Assembly (NCBI GenBank): GCA_017963805.1 | Contig: JAGCTE010000044.1 | Coordinates: 5,921 to 69,920, forward strand | Direction of reading: 5' to 3' | DNA: 64,000 nt | From: a bacterium | GTDB lineage: Bacteria; Auribacterota; UBA3054 | Shown here: one piece after another, positions 46,504-55,821 of the stretch | How the letters are laid out: each line of letters opens with the position of its first letter | Numbering within the stretch: the stretch's first letter is position 1 | Translations under genes and position numbers: made by a program | The notes under the pieces: model-generated | The model's database searches: none | Told to the model about the DNA's origin: nothing | The model's input: the letters and a program-made list of their open reading frames with translations, nothing else

Positions 46504-49146
46504 ATGGAAACCCAAAAGATCATAATATCCGTCCTTTTCCTCGCCTGCTGCGCCCTTGGCGCCAGATGCGAGCTACCCAATGGCCTTGCTCCCGCAAACT
46601 GGATCGAGACCAAGGGCGGATACATCCCCACGGGCATAACCCAATCCGGCGCGACGACGGTCGAGCTTGACTGTCTTCTGGAAGTCACCTCTCTCTACTA
46701 TTCGAAAAGACGCCTGATGGGTTTTGACGGCGCCGGTCCCAAGAACTATTTCGGCGTGACCACCAACAATCATTTCGAGATCTGGAACCCCACCGTCCTT
46801 ACAGCCGAATTAGGCGTCAAATACCGCCTGCACATGACCCAGAACAAGACCACCACCCTGCTGGAAGTCTTCTCCGAGGCAGGCGCGCTCCTAGATTCCG
46901 TCACCGGCAACGCCAAGGGCATCAACAGCAGCGAATGCCAGATCTTCACCATCAACTCAAGCTCCGCCTACACTTGCTACGGAATTAGAGTCTACGATTT
47001 CAAGATCATAATAGACGGAGACGTCAAAAGGGACCTCGTCCCGGTCTTCGACTATACGGCGGGAAAGCCAGGCATGTACGACAGCATCAGCCAAACAACG
47101 CTCTACGCCTACGGCAGCGGCAAGCTTGACTGCGACGCCCTTGATTTTCACTACGGTTCCGGTGACACCAAGATATTGCTTGAAGAGGGAGCCATGTATT
47201 TCCCCTCCCACATCGGCTTCGAAGACCTCGGCGAATTTTCCTTCCCGGAGGGCACCGTTTTGAGAGGGACCGAAGGGGGAGCCAGCCTGACCGTGGGCGA
47301 AGACACTCTGGATATGCGGACCATTTTCGGCGCTGACATGCGGCCCGGGGAAAGGTATCCCCTTAGCGTGGAATTCACCTTCGGCCTGGTGACGAATTTC
47401 TATATCGCAAAAAGCGCAAACATTCCTTCGCTTTTCGTGAACCTTATAGACGCCGATCTGGCTTTCATACACAGGAACAAGAAAAACGAAGCCGCCGCCG
47501 TCGCCCTGAAGATCGAGCCTGACGGAACTTCCTCCGAGCTTCTCCCTGTCAAAAAGTTCGCCGGCCGCGGCAACGCCACCTGGACTTATTCCGGCGACAA
47601 GAAGCCCTACAAGATCAACCTGGAATCGAAATACGCCCTCATATCCTCCGCCCCCAAAAGCAAAAAATTCGCCCTGCTCTCCCTGAACCTTCAAAACAAC
47701 AAGGACCGCAGCGGGCTCAAGGAATACGCGGCCCACGAGCTGGGGGATGCCATGGGCATGGGCTTCAATCCTGACTCTGAATTTGTTGACCTTTACGTCA
47801 ACGGTTCGTACCGCGGTTTCTACATGATAAAAGAACGCGTGACCATCGATCCCGACAGGATCAACATCAACGAGCCGAAATACAGTTTTGAGGACGAGGA
47901 GTCCACCACAAGAGTCGTTCAGCGAAACGGCATCAAGGGCGTCAAAGGCGCCGCGGGCGATCCCGACGACGGCGAGCCCGTCTCAGCCTCCAGCTGGAAC
48001 GTCCCCTCCCCCACGGAGACGATCACGAGCGAGAACGACGATGATGATCCCGCGCTCAAGGCCGGGATCCAGGCTTACCAATATGCCACAGGTTCCCGCC
48101 TAAAAACGGATAAGGAAGGCGGCGCGGTCATCGAGATGAACGCCTGCTACAGTCAGTACATGCAGGATGAGCACGTCTTCTTCATCACCAGGCGCGGCCA
48201 GATCTTCACCCTGAAGATCCCCGAAGTCGCAACGAAGGAACAGGTCCGGAGGATCGCGATCTTCGTCCAGGAATTCGAAGACGCCCTCTTCGGGGAAAAA
48301 GGTTTCAACTCGCTTGGCAAACATTATTCCGAATATCTGGACGTAGAGATCATGGCCAAGCACGTGATGGTGGACGGCTTCATGTACAACTCGGATTTCT
48401 GCATCCTCTCCACCTTCTTCTACATCGACGCCGATCCCGTAAGCGGTGAATTAAGGGGCAAACTCATAGCCGAGCCCATCTGGGATTACGATTTCGCCCA
48501 GATCAATTCCAGCCATATCTACGCCTCCAATTCCAATCCCATGAACTATCTGCCGCAATTCTTTTCCAAGGCTGATTTCATAAAGGCCCTGTACGAATTG
48601 CAAACGGATCCTTATGGTTTCCAATCAAGAGTCGCGCGGTTGAATTCCAACGACCTTTCCGCTCTGGGCGACAAGCTCAAGGCCGCGCATCAATTGAATT
48701 ATTTCCGCTGGGGCAGCGATTCCCAATCAGACGTGGCGACCATCAAAAGCAGGATGAGCTCGAGAGCGGGAAACTGGAACAATATTTTCAACCCGAACCA
48801 AAAGCTTTTGGGCGCCTGGGTGGAACAGGCCCAAACAAGGTCCCGCGCTATAATAGGCCCGCTGACCGTGGAGACCTACGGCACGCCGATATCGTACCAA
48901 TGGTACAAGCAGGACGCTGAGAGCGGCGAATTGACTGAGCTTGAGGGCGAGACAGGCTCAACTCTTGATCAGGAACAGTACGGCAAGGGACAGTACGTCT
49001 GCGGCGTCTACGGAAAAAATCTGGAGCCTCAGGCGGGCGGAACGTACGTGACGCTTTACACCGCGCCTTTCGCCTACGGACTTCCGGAGCCAGGACTGCT
49101 CGCTACTCTTCTTGCTTCCGCGGCCTTTCTACTCCGCAGGAAGTGA
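46504..49146 (+). CDS. CotH-family kinase with N-terminal lectin/LamG-like domain and PEP-CTERM anchor, paralog 2
   Basis: Start moved to METQKIIISVLFLACCALGARC, downstream of the terminator and promoter. GRGNATW, KKPYKINL, YVNGSYRGFY, PIWDYD. Tail LPEPGLLATLLASAAFLLRRK. Confidence 0.85.
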   Translation: METQKIIISVLFLACCALGARCELPNGLAPANWIETKGGYIPTGITQSGATTVELDCLLEVTSLYYSKRRLMGFDGAGPKNYFGVTTNNHFEIWNPTVLTAELGVKYRLHMTQNKTTTLLEVFSEAGALLDSVTGNAKGINSSECQIFTINSSSAYTCYGIRVYDFKIIIDGDVKRDLVPVFDYTAGKPGMYDSISQTTLYAYGSGKLDCDALDFHYGSGDTKILLEEGAMYFPSHIGFEDLGEFSFPEGTVLRGTEGGASLTVGEDTLDMRTIFGADMRPGERYPLSVEFTFGLVTNFYIAKSANIPSLFVNLIDADLAFIHRNKKNEAAAVALKIEPDGTSSELLPVKKFAGRGNATWTYSGDKKPYKINLESKYALISSAPKSKKFALLSLNLQNNKDRSGLKEYAAHELGDAMGMGFNPDSEFVDLYVNGSYRGFYMIKERVTIDPDRININEPKYSFEDEESTTRVVQRNGIKGVKGAAGDPDDGEPVSASSWNVPSPTETITSENDDDDPALKAGIQAYQYATGSRLKTDKEGGAVIEMNACYSQYMQDEHVFFITRRGQIFTLKIPEVATKEQVRRIAIFVQEFEDALFGEKGFNSLGKHYSEYLDVEIMAKHVMVDGFMYNSDFCILSTFFYIDADPVSGELRGKLIAEPIWDYDFAQINSSHIYASNSNPMNYLPQFFSKADFIKALYELQTDPYGFQSRVARLNSNDLSALGDKLKAAHQLNYFRWGSDSQSDVATIKSRMSSRAGNWNNIFNPNQKLLGAWVEQAQTRSRAIIGPLTVETYGTPISYQWYKQDAESGELTELEGETGSTLDQEQYGKGQYVCGVYGKNLEPQAGGTYVTLYTAPFAYGLPEPGLLATLLASAAFLLRRK

Positions 49147-49155
49147 AACTTACGC

Positions 49156-49242
49156 TTTGTCTCGGACGAAAAGTCATGCTCCCGTAAGCAAACTTAGCGA
49201 AGCCTGTTTGCCAAGGGAACATGACTTTTCGTCCGAGACAAA
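49156..49242. repeat. 87-bp palindromic element with perfect 23-bp terminal inverted repeats (MITE/REP-like or bidirectional terminator)
   Basis: TTTGTCTCGGACGAAAAGTCATG (49156-49178) and its exact reverse complement (49220-49242). Inner GCAAAC/GTTTGC pairing extends the stem. Confidence 0.85.
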
Positions 49243-49248
49243 CCAGAA

Positions 49249-51294
49249 TTACTTCCAGTCGACGATGATGTAGGAGTAGGGCTCCAGCTCGCATTCGAAA
49301 GCGGCGGCCCCTACCGTTATGTTCTCCGCCACCGGGACGGGATGGATGTTCAAAACGAAGGCCTTGCCGTTCGCTTTCGGTATCACCCTCAGAAGATCCT
49401 GGCCTTCCACCGTCGGCTTCCTGCCGAGCCTGGCGATCAGCTTCTTGATGAGAACGGATTGGCTCTTGAAATGGTTGGCGAACATCACCGGGAAGATCTG
49501 GGCCGTGCCGGTCCCCTTCCTGACGGAGACGATCGCGGGACGTCCGGCTTCCGTGCGGCCAAGCGTTTCGCCCTTCTTGTCGATGTCGATGTTCTGGATC
49601 GTCTTGCCGAGATAATACTCCTGGCCTTCGAAGAGGACCTTCTCCTGGTCCACGCTCTTTTTGGGGAAAGTTCCGCCGAGAACGCCGAGCTCGTCAGCCA
49701 GGACGTGGCAGTAACGGTCGCTCTCGTCCTTGGTCGGCAGCGAGCCTATAAGCAGCAGGTTTCCGCCCGCCTCGACGTAGGCGGCAAGTTTTTCCTGGAC
49801 TTTCCGGGCCATCCAGCGGTCGTTCACAACGACGAGCACGGGATGAGTTAACAGTTCTTCCGGCGACGCGCTTTCAAAATCGACGAGCTTGGGCAGGAAG
49901 CCCTGCGACCTTAAGGCGCAGAAAACTTCCGTGGTGGCCGGGCCGACCGGCTTTATGTTGACTACCGGTTCCCTCTTCACGCCGAGAGCGATGTCGTAGA
50001 AAGATTCGGAACGGAAATCCTCCGCGTGCTTTTTGATCTCGGCAAACGAGCGCTGGATCGCGTCGAAGGAAGGCTTTCTCGCGCCGTTCTGATCGACCGG
50101 GGCCTGCCAGTTGTGGTCAGTCCCGTAGAAGCCGAGGCCCTGCCTGTTGACGCCGGAGCAGAAGAGATACATGTTGAGACCCCTGTATCCGCCCGCGGCC
50201 GCCCAGACGTTCCAGATGAAAAGTTCGGGGGCGTAGACTTTGGGGAAGTCGAACCAATAACCGCTCTCCTGCTCAATGACCCAGGGAGTGCTCCCTAGGA
50301 TGCTCTTGAGATATTCGGGCCCGTACTCGCAGAGATACGTGCCGCTGGTGAGATTCAGATTGCCGTCCATGGAGTAGTAGCAGTCCACTCCGATGTTGAG
50401 CCAGGGGTTCTGCTCCTTGTTTTTGATGTGCAGCGACAGCGCGCGCGGGCAGTAGGCGTTGTGCGTCATGGGCGTGGTTATGCCGCAAGCCTTGAGTATG
50501 TCCCTCAGTTTCTGGAAATACTTCGGATAATAGCAGCCGTAGTAGTATTCCCTCCGCTCGATCTCGTAGAGCGTCTTGTTCGCCTGCTCAAGCATGTAGG
50601 GAGGGATCCTCGAGAAGTCGCCGAAGCTGCAGCCGTAGACGTTGTTGATCTTTTCGAGCGTTCCGTATTTCTCCCTGAGGTACGTCGGCCAGATGCCGTC
50701 TTTCTTTTCGAGGCCCAGGTTGACGGGATTCTCGTCGTCGAAATCGTCGCCGGGTATTTCGTTGCAAAGCTGCGTCATGACGACGAAGCCGTCGGGCGCC
50801 AGGTAAGGCTTTATTATTTCCGTCACGGCGGCGTACCATTTCTCGACGGCCGCGAGGAAATCTCCGTTCATGTGCGCGACGGCGTTGACGGCCGAGCTTG
50901 GAATATATTCCCCGTCCTCATAGCGCATGACCATGCTCTGGGGGTTTTTCTTGGTGAACCATTTCGGGATCCCGAGGTCGGTGGCCTCGGCGTAGATATA
51001 GGGTCCCGGACGCCAGTAGCAGAGGAGCCCGCTCTTTTTGACCAGTTCCAGAAAAGCGGCCAGGTCGTTGCAGGGATGGTAGAGACCGGTGAAGTCGAAG
51101 CGGCCTTCCTCCGGTTCGTGCACGAGCCAGGGCGTGTAGAAGGAGACGGCGTTGCAGCCGGCTTCCTTGACGCTTTGCAAAACTTTTTCCCAGTTTTCCC
51201 TCGGAGTCCTGAAATAATGGACTTCCGCGGAGGTCAGGAAGATCTCCCTGCCGTCGAGGAAAAACGAGCCTTTCTCAATCTTTAATTCCGCCAT
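49249..51294 (-). CDS. Glycoside hydrolase family 35 (beta-galactosidase-like) with GH42-type C-terminal domain
   Basis: SAEVHYFRTP, GCNAVSFYTPW..HEP.EG.FDF, RPGPYIYAE, QLCNE, EQESG, NMYLF. No signal peptide. Confidence 0.88.
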   Translation of the reverse strand: MAELKIEKGSFFLDGREIFLTSAEVHYFRTPRENWEKVLQSVKEAGCNAVSFYTPWLVHEPEEGRFDFTGLYHPCNDLAAFLELVKKSGLLCYWRPGPYIYAEATDLGIPKWFTKKNPQSMVMRYEDGEYIPSSAVNAVAHMNGDFLAAVEKWYAAVTEIIKPYLAPDGFVVMTQLCNEIPGDDFDDENPVNLGLEKKDGIWPTYLREKYGTLEKINNVYGCSFGDFSRIPPYMLEQANKTLYEIERREYYYGCYYPKYFQKLRDILKACGITTPMTHNAYCPRALSLHIKNKEQNPWLNIGVDCYYSMDGNLNLTSGTYLCEYGPEYLKSILGSTPWVIEQESGYWFDFPKVYAPELFIWNVWAAAGGYRGLNMYLFCSGVNRQGLGFYGTDHNWQAPVDQNGARKPSFDAIQRSFAEIKKHAEDFRSESFYDIALGVKREPVVNIKPVGPATTEVFCALRSQGFLPKLVDFESASPEELLTHPVLVVVNDRWMARKVQEKLAAYVEAGGNLLLIGSLPTKDESDRYCHVLADELGVLGGTFPKKSVDQEKVLFEGQEYYLGKTIQNIDIDKKGETLGRTEAGRPAIVSVRKGTGTAQIFPVMFANHFKSQSVLIKKLIARLGRKPTVEGQDLLRVIPKANGKAFVLNIHPVPVAENITVGAAAFECELEPYSYIIVDWK

Positions 51295-51303
51295 AAACTT
51301 GCT

Positions 51304-53910
51304 TTATTTTGATTTATCGGTAAGGTATTCTATTATCTTACCAAAAAGGTACGTCCCGAAGACATTGTTTCCGAATCCCAAAGCTTCCCTGCCCCTGCCG
51401 CCGGACAGTTTCAGCGTCGTTGCCACAAGCGTCCCCTTCCCCAGGGCATATTCCGCCAGGTACTCCGTGATTTTCCAGTTCCTGGCGTCGCAGCGCCTCA
51501 ATATGGGGCGTTTCAAAGCGAAGCCCATCTCGGATGCCTCCTTTGGGAGAACGGCCCTTTCCGGGGCGACTGAGAAGTATCTGAGGTCCTCCGTGAAACG
51601 GATCCGCCTGATCCCGGACATTACGGGATGAGGGGAACGCACCGGGAAGCTCTCGCGCCAAAAGGAGACCTCTTCCGTCGGGAAAGACGGATCGTTCACC
51701 TGCATAAGGAAAACCTTCCCTCCCTCGGAAAGGAATTTCCTCACGCAGTCGTCAAGCTGGTCCGTCACTATGATCTTCGCGTCCTCCCCTTTTCCGCTCA
51801 TTCCCCGGAAAACGCCGGAGTGGTCCCTGATCAGGAAGTTTTCCTTTTCCAAATCCGGCTTCGGATAAACGAAGACCGGCCAGAAATTGCAGCGTTTCCC
51901 CACGCGGGCGGTCAGTTTGAGTTCTGAGGGGGCGGACACTTCCGGAAGGACGGCGTTGAAATAACAGACTTCCCTTATTTCTCCCCTTGTCACGCCCGGC
52001 AGCAGACGCTCCTCCCAGGCGACTAACTTTTCGTTTTCGTCGGAAAGCTCAACCCTAAGCATCTCCCCTTTCATGTCTGAACCGGAAAAATTCGAGAGCA
52101 GGATGTGCAGATCGTAAGGTGCGCCGCCCCAGAAACTGTAGCGCTCCTTCGGGCAGACGCGGTCGCCGCAGATCCAATTCCTCCTCAGGTCCCAGGCCGG
52201 CAGAAGCGCGGCGTCGGAATTGAAGCGGATGAATTCCTCCGCGGGAAACTTCATGTTTCCGAGGTCGTCGAAAAGCCCGCTGGTCGCGATCGGAACGTCC
52301 CTTATCGCCGTGATGTCGTAGCCCGAGATCTCATGATAGCCCCTCGTCTCTTCTATGGTGACCTTGCGGTGCGTCAGGGCATGGTCTACCGAGGCCGCCC
52401 TTAATTTCTCAAAATCTTTCCTGATGTTCGTTTCCTTGACCGCCTTTTCAAAGGTGTCGAGGTAGAAGTCAGGTTTCAGTTTCTTTATGGGATTTTTCCT
52501 AATGTCGCCGCTTTCCCACCAAAGGGAGGCCGCCTTCTTTCCCTCCCTGATCCTTTTGGGGTCCCTTAGGGTGTCGCTGTCGCAATATTCGCCGTAGAGC
52601 CAGGGCTTCCCGGCGCGATAAGAGGGCGTGAAGTGATCCATCAGATCCTCCATGTTCTGGAGCTCCCCGTAAAAATGATAGTCGTAGAAATCGCCGTAGG
52701 AAACTTTCAGGCCGCCGTAGCATTCGCCGGACCCGGAATTGTCTTTTACGGGAACGCCGAGCTTCTTTTTCAGCTTCAGGTACGTTTCCTTGAGGATGTC
52801 CCCCTTTACGACGGAATTCATCTCGCAGCCCAAAGTGAGAAGGGCGACGCAGGGGTGTCCCAAGAGCTCGTTTCCTATGGCGTCGTATTCCCTTCTGATC
52901 CTCTCATCCAGAAGAGGATCGGGTTCGGGGAGCCACAGGGGAAGCTCTATCCAGCAGAGCATCCCCTCCTCGTCGCAGATGTCGAGGTATTTTTCCCGCG
53001 GGATGTAGAGGCAGTGCTTCACGGCGTTGAAGCCCATCTTTTTGAGTTCCTTCAGCTCGGCGCGGATAACGTCTTCGCTCGGGTTCGGCGCGATCAGTTC
53101 GTCGTAGAAGCCCCAGTGAAGGGCTCCCCGCCAGTAAACAGGCTCACCGTTGAGGAGCAGGTGATTGTCCTTGCAGAAGATCTCGCGGCGCGCCCAGAAG
53201 GCCTTGCCTTCCACGCGGTCTTTGGCGCCTTTCAGCTTGAAGCTGATCTCATACCTTTTCGGGTCAACGGGAGACCATTTCCTTATCCTTCCGGAATTCA
53301 GCGGCACCGTGACTTCCCTCGAACCTTTTTTCAGCTCCCACTTTCCCCTTATTTCCCCCAGTCCTTTTATTTTTCCTTCCAGGCGGTAGACGCCGGCTTT
53401 TTTTATTTCCAGCTCCAGTTTGAGGGCGCAGTTGTTTGAGTAGCAGCGCTTCAAAAGAACTTCGTCGTAGCCTTCCAATGTTATGTCGTCCCAGATCCCG
53501 CCGAAGGAGCAGCAGACGTCCGGCACGAAGCCGGACAGAACTTTCCTCAGAGGATACTGGTCGCTGTCATAATAGCCGGGCTTGGCTATTTTGAAAACGA
53601 GCTCGTTCTCGCCGTCTAATAGGAAACGCGTGGCGTCGAAGGAGAATTCGTCCCACATTCCTTCGTGGGATCCGATCAATTTTCCGTTCAGCGTTATTTC
53701 GCAAAAGTAGCTGACGGCCTTGCAGCGCAGAAGGTAAAACTTGAAGCGTTTTTTCAGGGAAAAAGTTTTTCTCAGCGTAAAGAATCCGCCGAAATCTTTC
53801 CTTTCCGTGAATCTTTCTATCGCGCAGGGAACCTCTACGGCGAACGTTTCGCCGTCCATTTCCGCCTGCCAGGGCCCGCCGAGGCCGACAATGTTCGAAA
53901 CAGCTTTCAT
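51304..53910 (-). CDS. Glycoside hydrolase family 2
   Basis: LNGKLIGSHEGMW, GGIWDDI, LLNGEPVYWRG, MGFNAVK, CDEEGMLCWIE, LGCE, YGEY. No signal peptide. Confidence 0.85.
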   Translation of the reverse strand: MKAVSNIVGLGGPWQAEMDGETFAVEVPCAIERFTERKDFGGFFTLRKTFSLKKRFKFYLLRCKAVSYFCEITLNGKLIGSHEGMWDEFSFDATRFLLDGENELVFKIAKPGYYDSDQYPLRKVLSGFVPDVCCSFGGIWDDITLEGYDEVLLKRCYSNNCALKLELEIKKAGVYRLEGKIKGLGEIRGKWELKKGSREVTVPLNSGRIRKWSPVDPKRYEISFKLKGAKDRVEGKAFWARREIFCKDNHLLLNGEPVYWRGALHWGFYDELIAPNPSEDVIRAELKELKKMGFNAVKHCLYIPREKYLDICDEEGMLCWIELPLWLPEPDPLLDERIRREYDAIGNELLGHPCVALLTLGCEMNSVVKGDILKETYLKLKKKLGVPVKDNSGSGECYGGLKVSYGDFYDYHFYGELQNMEDLMDHFTPSYRAGKPWLYGEYCDSDTLRDPKRIREGKKAASLWWESGDIRKNPIKKLKPDFYLDTFEKAVKETNIRKDFEKLRAASVDHALTHRKVTIEETRGYHEISGYDITAIRDVPIATSGLFDDLGNMKFPAEEFIRFNSDAALLPAWDLRRNWICGDRVCPKERYSFWGGAPYDLHILLSNFSGSDMKGEMLRVELSDENEKLVAWEERLLPGVTRGEIREVCYFNAVLPEVSAPSELKLTARVGKRCNFWPVFVYPKPDLEKENFLIRDHSGVFRGMSGKGEDAKIIVTDQLDDCVRKFLSEGGKVFLMQVNDPSFPTEEVSFWRESFPVRSPHPVMSGIRRIRFTEDLRYFSVAPERAVLPKEASEMGFALKRPILRRCDARNWKITEYLAEYALGKGTLVATTLKLSGGRGREALGFGNNVFGTYLFGKIIEYLTDKSK

Positions 53911-54257
53911 TCCCGGTCTTGATTCCTCATGACTTCCGCGGCCTCGCTCAGGTACTCCTCTATGAGTTCTTCGTCGAAGCCCTTCCTTACGAGATAGGCC
54001 GCCAGCGAGGAGAGCGTCGACGGTTTCAGGGCTTTCCCCTTTTTCAGGAGGTATTCCCTGGCCGCGGATCTCAGCGCCTCGCGGTCGCCGCCCGAGATCT
54101 TTATCAATCCAAGCTCGACCAAACGCGCGGCCGCGGCGCGGCTCTCTTCCGCAGAGTAGCCGCGGCGCGTCAGTCTCTCCGCCATTTCCTTTTCGGAATA
54201 GTCGCGCATTGCCAGGAGCTCCGCTCCCAGCCGCACGGCGTCCTTATCCGGCCTCAT
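53907..54257 (-). CDS. recX: RecX-like regulatory protein (short form)
   Basis: [36 protein letters not shown]. Directly downstream of recA. Confidence 0.82.
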   Translation of the reverse strand: MRPDKDAVRLGAELLAMRDYSEKEMAERLTRRGYSAEESRAAAARLVELGLIKISGGDREALRSAAREYLLKKGKALKPSTLSSLAAYLVRKGFDEELIEEYLSEAAEVMRNQDRE

Positions 54258-55309
54258 TTTTCTTTCTTGCTTTCCTTGGTTTCTTCTTTCTCGGGAAGCT
54301 CGCCCTTGAGAAGCCCGTATTTCTCCCTGATCATGCCTTCCACTTTCTTGGCGAATTCGGGATCGTTCTTAAGGTATTCCTTGCAGGCGTCGCGGCCCTG
54401 GGCCAGGCGCTGGTCGCCGAAAGAGAACCAGGCGCCGCGCTTCTGGATGATGTCCATGGCGGTGGCGACGTCGACGAGCGTTCCCTCGTAAGAGATGCCT
54501 TCGTCGTACATGATGTCGAACTCCGCTTCCTGGAAGGGAGCGGCGACTTTGTTCTTCACGACTTTGACTTTGGCTCTGATGCCGTTGGAATTACCCTCGT
54601 TGTCTTTCAGGGTGCTCATCCTGCGGATGTCGAGGCGGCAGGAGGAGTAGAACTTCAGCGCGCGGCCGCCGGTCGTCGTTTCGGGGTTGCCGAACATCAC
54701 GCCGATCTTTTCCCTGATCTGGTTGATGAAGATGCAGGCGCAGCGGGAGCGTCCGATTATGGAGGTGAGTTTCCTCAGGGCCTGCGACATCAGCCTCGCC
54801 TGCAGCCCGACGAAAGAGTCGCCGATCTCGCCCTGGATCTCAGCCTTGGGAACAAGAGCGGCCACGGAGTCGATAACGACGACGTCCACGGCGTTCGAGC
54901 GCACGAGCGTCTCGGCGATGGAGAGGGCGTCCTCGCCGCAGTCAGGCTGGGAAATGAGAAGGCTGTCAAGGTCGACGCCGATCCTTCTGGCGTACCCGGG
55001 GTCGACCGCGTGCTCGGCGTCGATGTAAGCCGCCACGCCGCCCATCTTCTGGGCGTTGGCCACCACGCTAAGGGCCAAAGTGGTCTTGCCGCTGGATTCG
55101 GGGCCGTAGACTTCCGTGATCCTGCTTCTCGGAATGCCGCCCACGCCCAGAGCCAGATCCAGCGTCAAGGCGCCCGTCGGGATGACGGGAATGTTAGCCA
55201 CATGGTTTTCCCCGAGGCGCATGATCGACCCCTGGCCGAACTGCTTTTCGATTTGCCCGATGGCAGCTTCCAAGGCCTTCAGTTTTTCGTTTTTTTCAGC
55301 TGTTGCCAT
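54254..55309 (-). CDS. recA: Recombinase RecA
   Basis: [56 protein letters not shown]. Confidence 0.99.
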   Translation of the reverse strand: MATAEKNEKLKALEAAIGQIEKQFGQGSIMRLGENHVANIPVIPTGALTLDLALGVGGIPRSRITEVYGPESSGKTTLALSVVANAQKMGGVAAYIDAEHAVDPGYARRIGVDLDSLLISQPDCGEDALSIAETLVRSNAVDVVVIDSVAALVPKAEIQGEIGDSFVGLQARLMSQALRKLTSIIGRSRCACIFINQIREKIGVMFGNPETTTGGRALKFYSSCRLDIRRMSTLKDNEGNSNGIRAKVKVVKNKVAAPFQEAEFDIMYDEGISYEGTLVDVATAMDIIQKRGAWFSFGDQRLAQGRDACKEYLKNDPEFAKKVEGMIREKYGLLKGELPEKEETKESKKEK

Positions 55310-55329
55310 AATTTATCTCCTGATGTTTT

Positions 55330-55821
55330 TTAAATAATTTCTTCCCAGATCATGGAGAGCGCCTCCATGATGGTCAAATGTCTGATCTTTTCCCGGCTGC
55401 CTTTGAAATGGAAGCATTTCGTCTTCGTTTCGAAGGAGAGCGCTATCGCAATCCAGACGGTCCCGACAGGATTGTCCGAACCGTCGCCGTCCGGGCCGGC
55501 GATGCCGCTTACGGCGACCGCCATGTCCGTGTCGAAAATTCTCCTGGCTCCCTCCGCCATGGCGGCCGCGCACTCTTTGCTCACCGCTCCGTTCAGGCGG
55601 ATTATCTCCTCGTCCACGCCCAGAAGGTCCCTTTTTATCTCGTTTTGGTAGGCCACCGCCGAGCCCTTGAACCAGGAGGAGCTTCCCGGCACGGAAACGA
55701 AGCAGGCGGAAATCCCGCCGCCGGTGCAGGACTCCGCCGTGCTGATCGTCACGCCCCTGAACTTCATGGCTTCCCCGATCTTCGCGGCCTGCTCTGTCTC
55801 CCGCGGTCCGTATATCATCAT
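55330..55821 (-). CDS. cinA: CinA C-terminal domain protein / NMN deamidase PncC
   Basis: TAESCTGG, PGSSSWF, GAVSKECAAAMAEGA, SGIAGPDG, PVGTVWI. Confidence 0.92.
   Translation of the reverse strand: MMIYGPRETEQAAKIGEAMKFRGVTISTAESCTGGGISACFVSVPGSSSWFKGSAVAYQNEIKRDLLGVDEEIIRLNGAVSKECAAAMAEGARRIFDTDMAVAVSGIAGPDGDGSDNPVGTVWIAIALSFETKTKCFHFKGSREKIRHLTIMEALSMIWEEII

Noticed and set aside
49156-49242. CRISPR repeat or tRNA
   Set aside because: Single inverted pair with no direct repeat-spacer array, no cas genes and no cloverleaf or T-loop motif.
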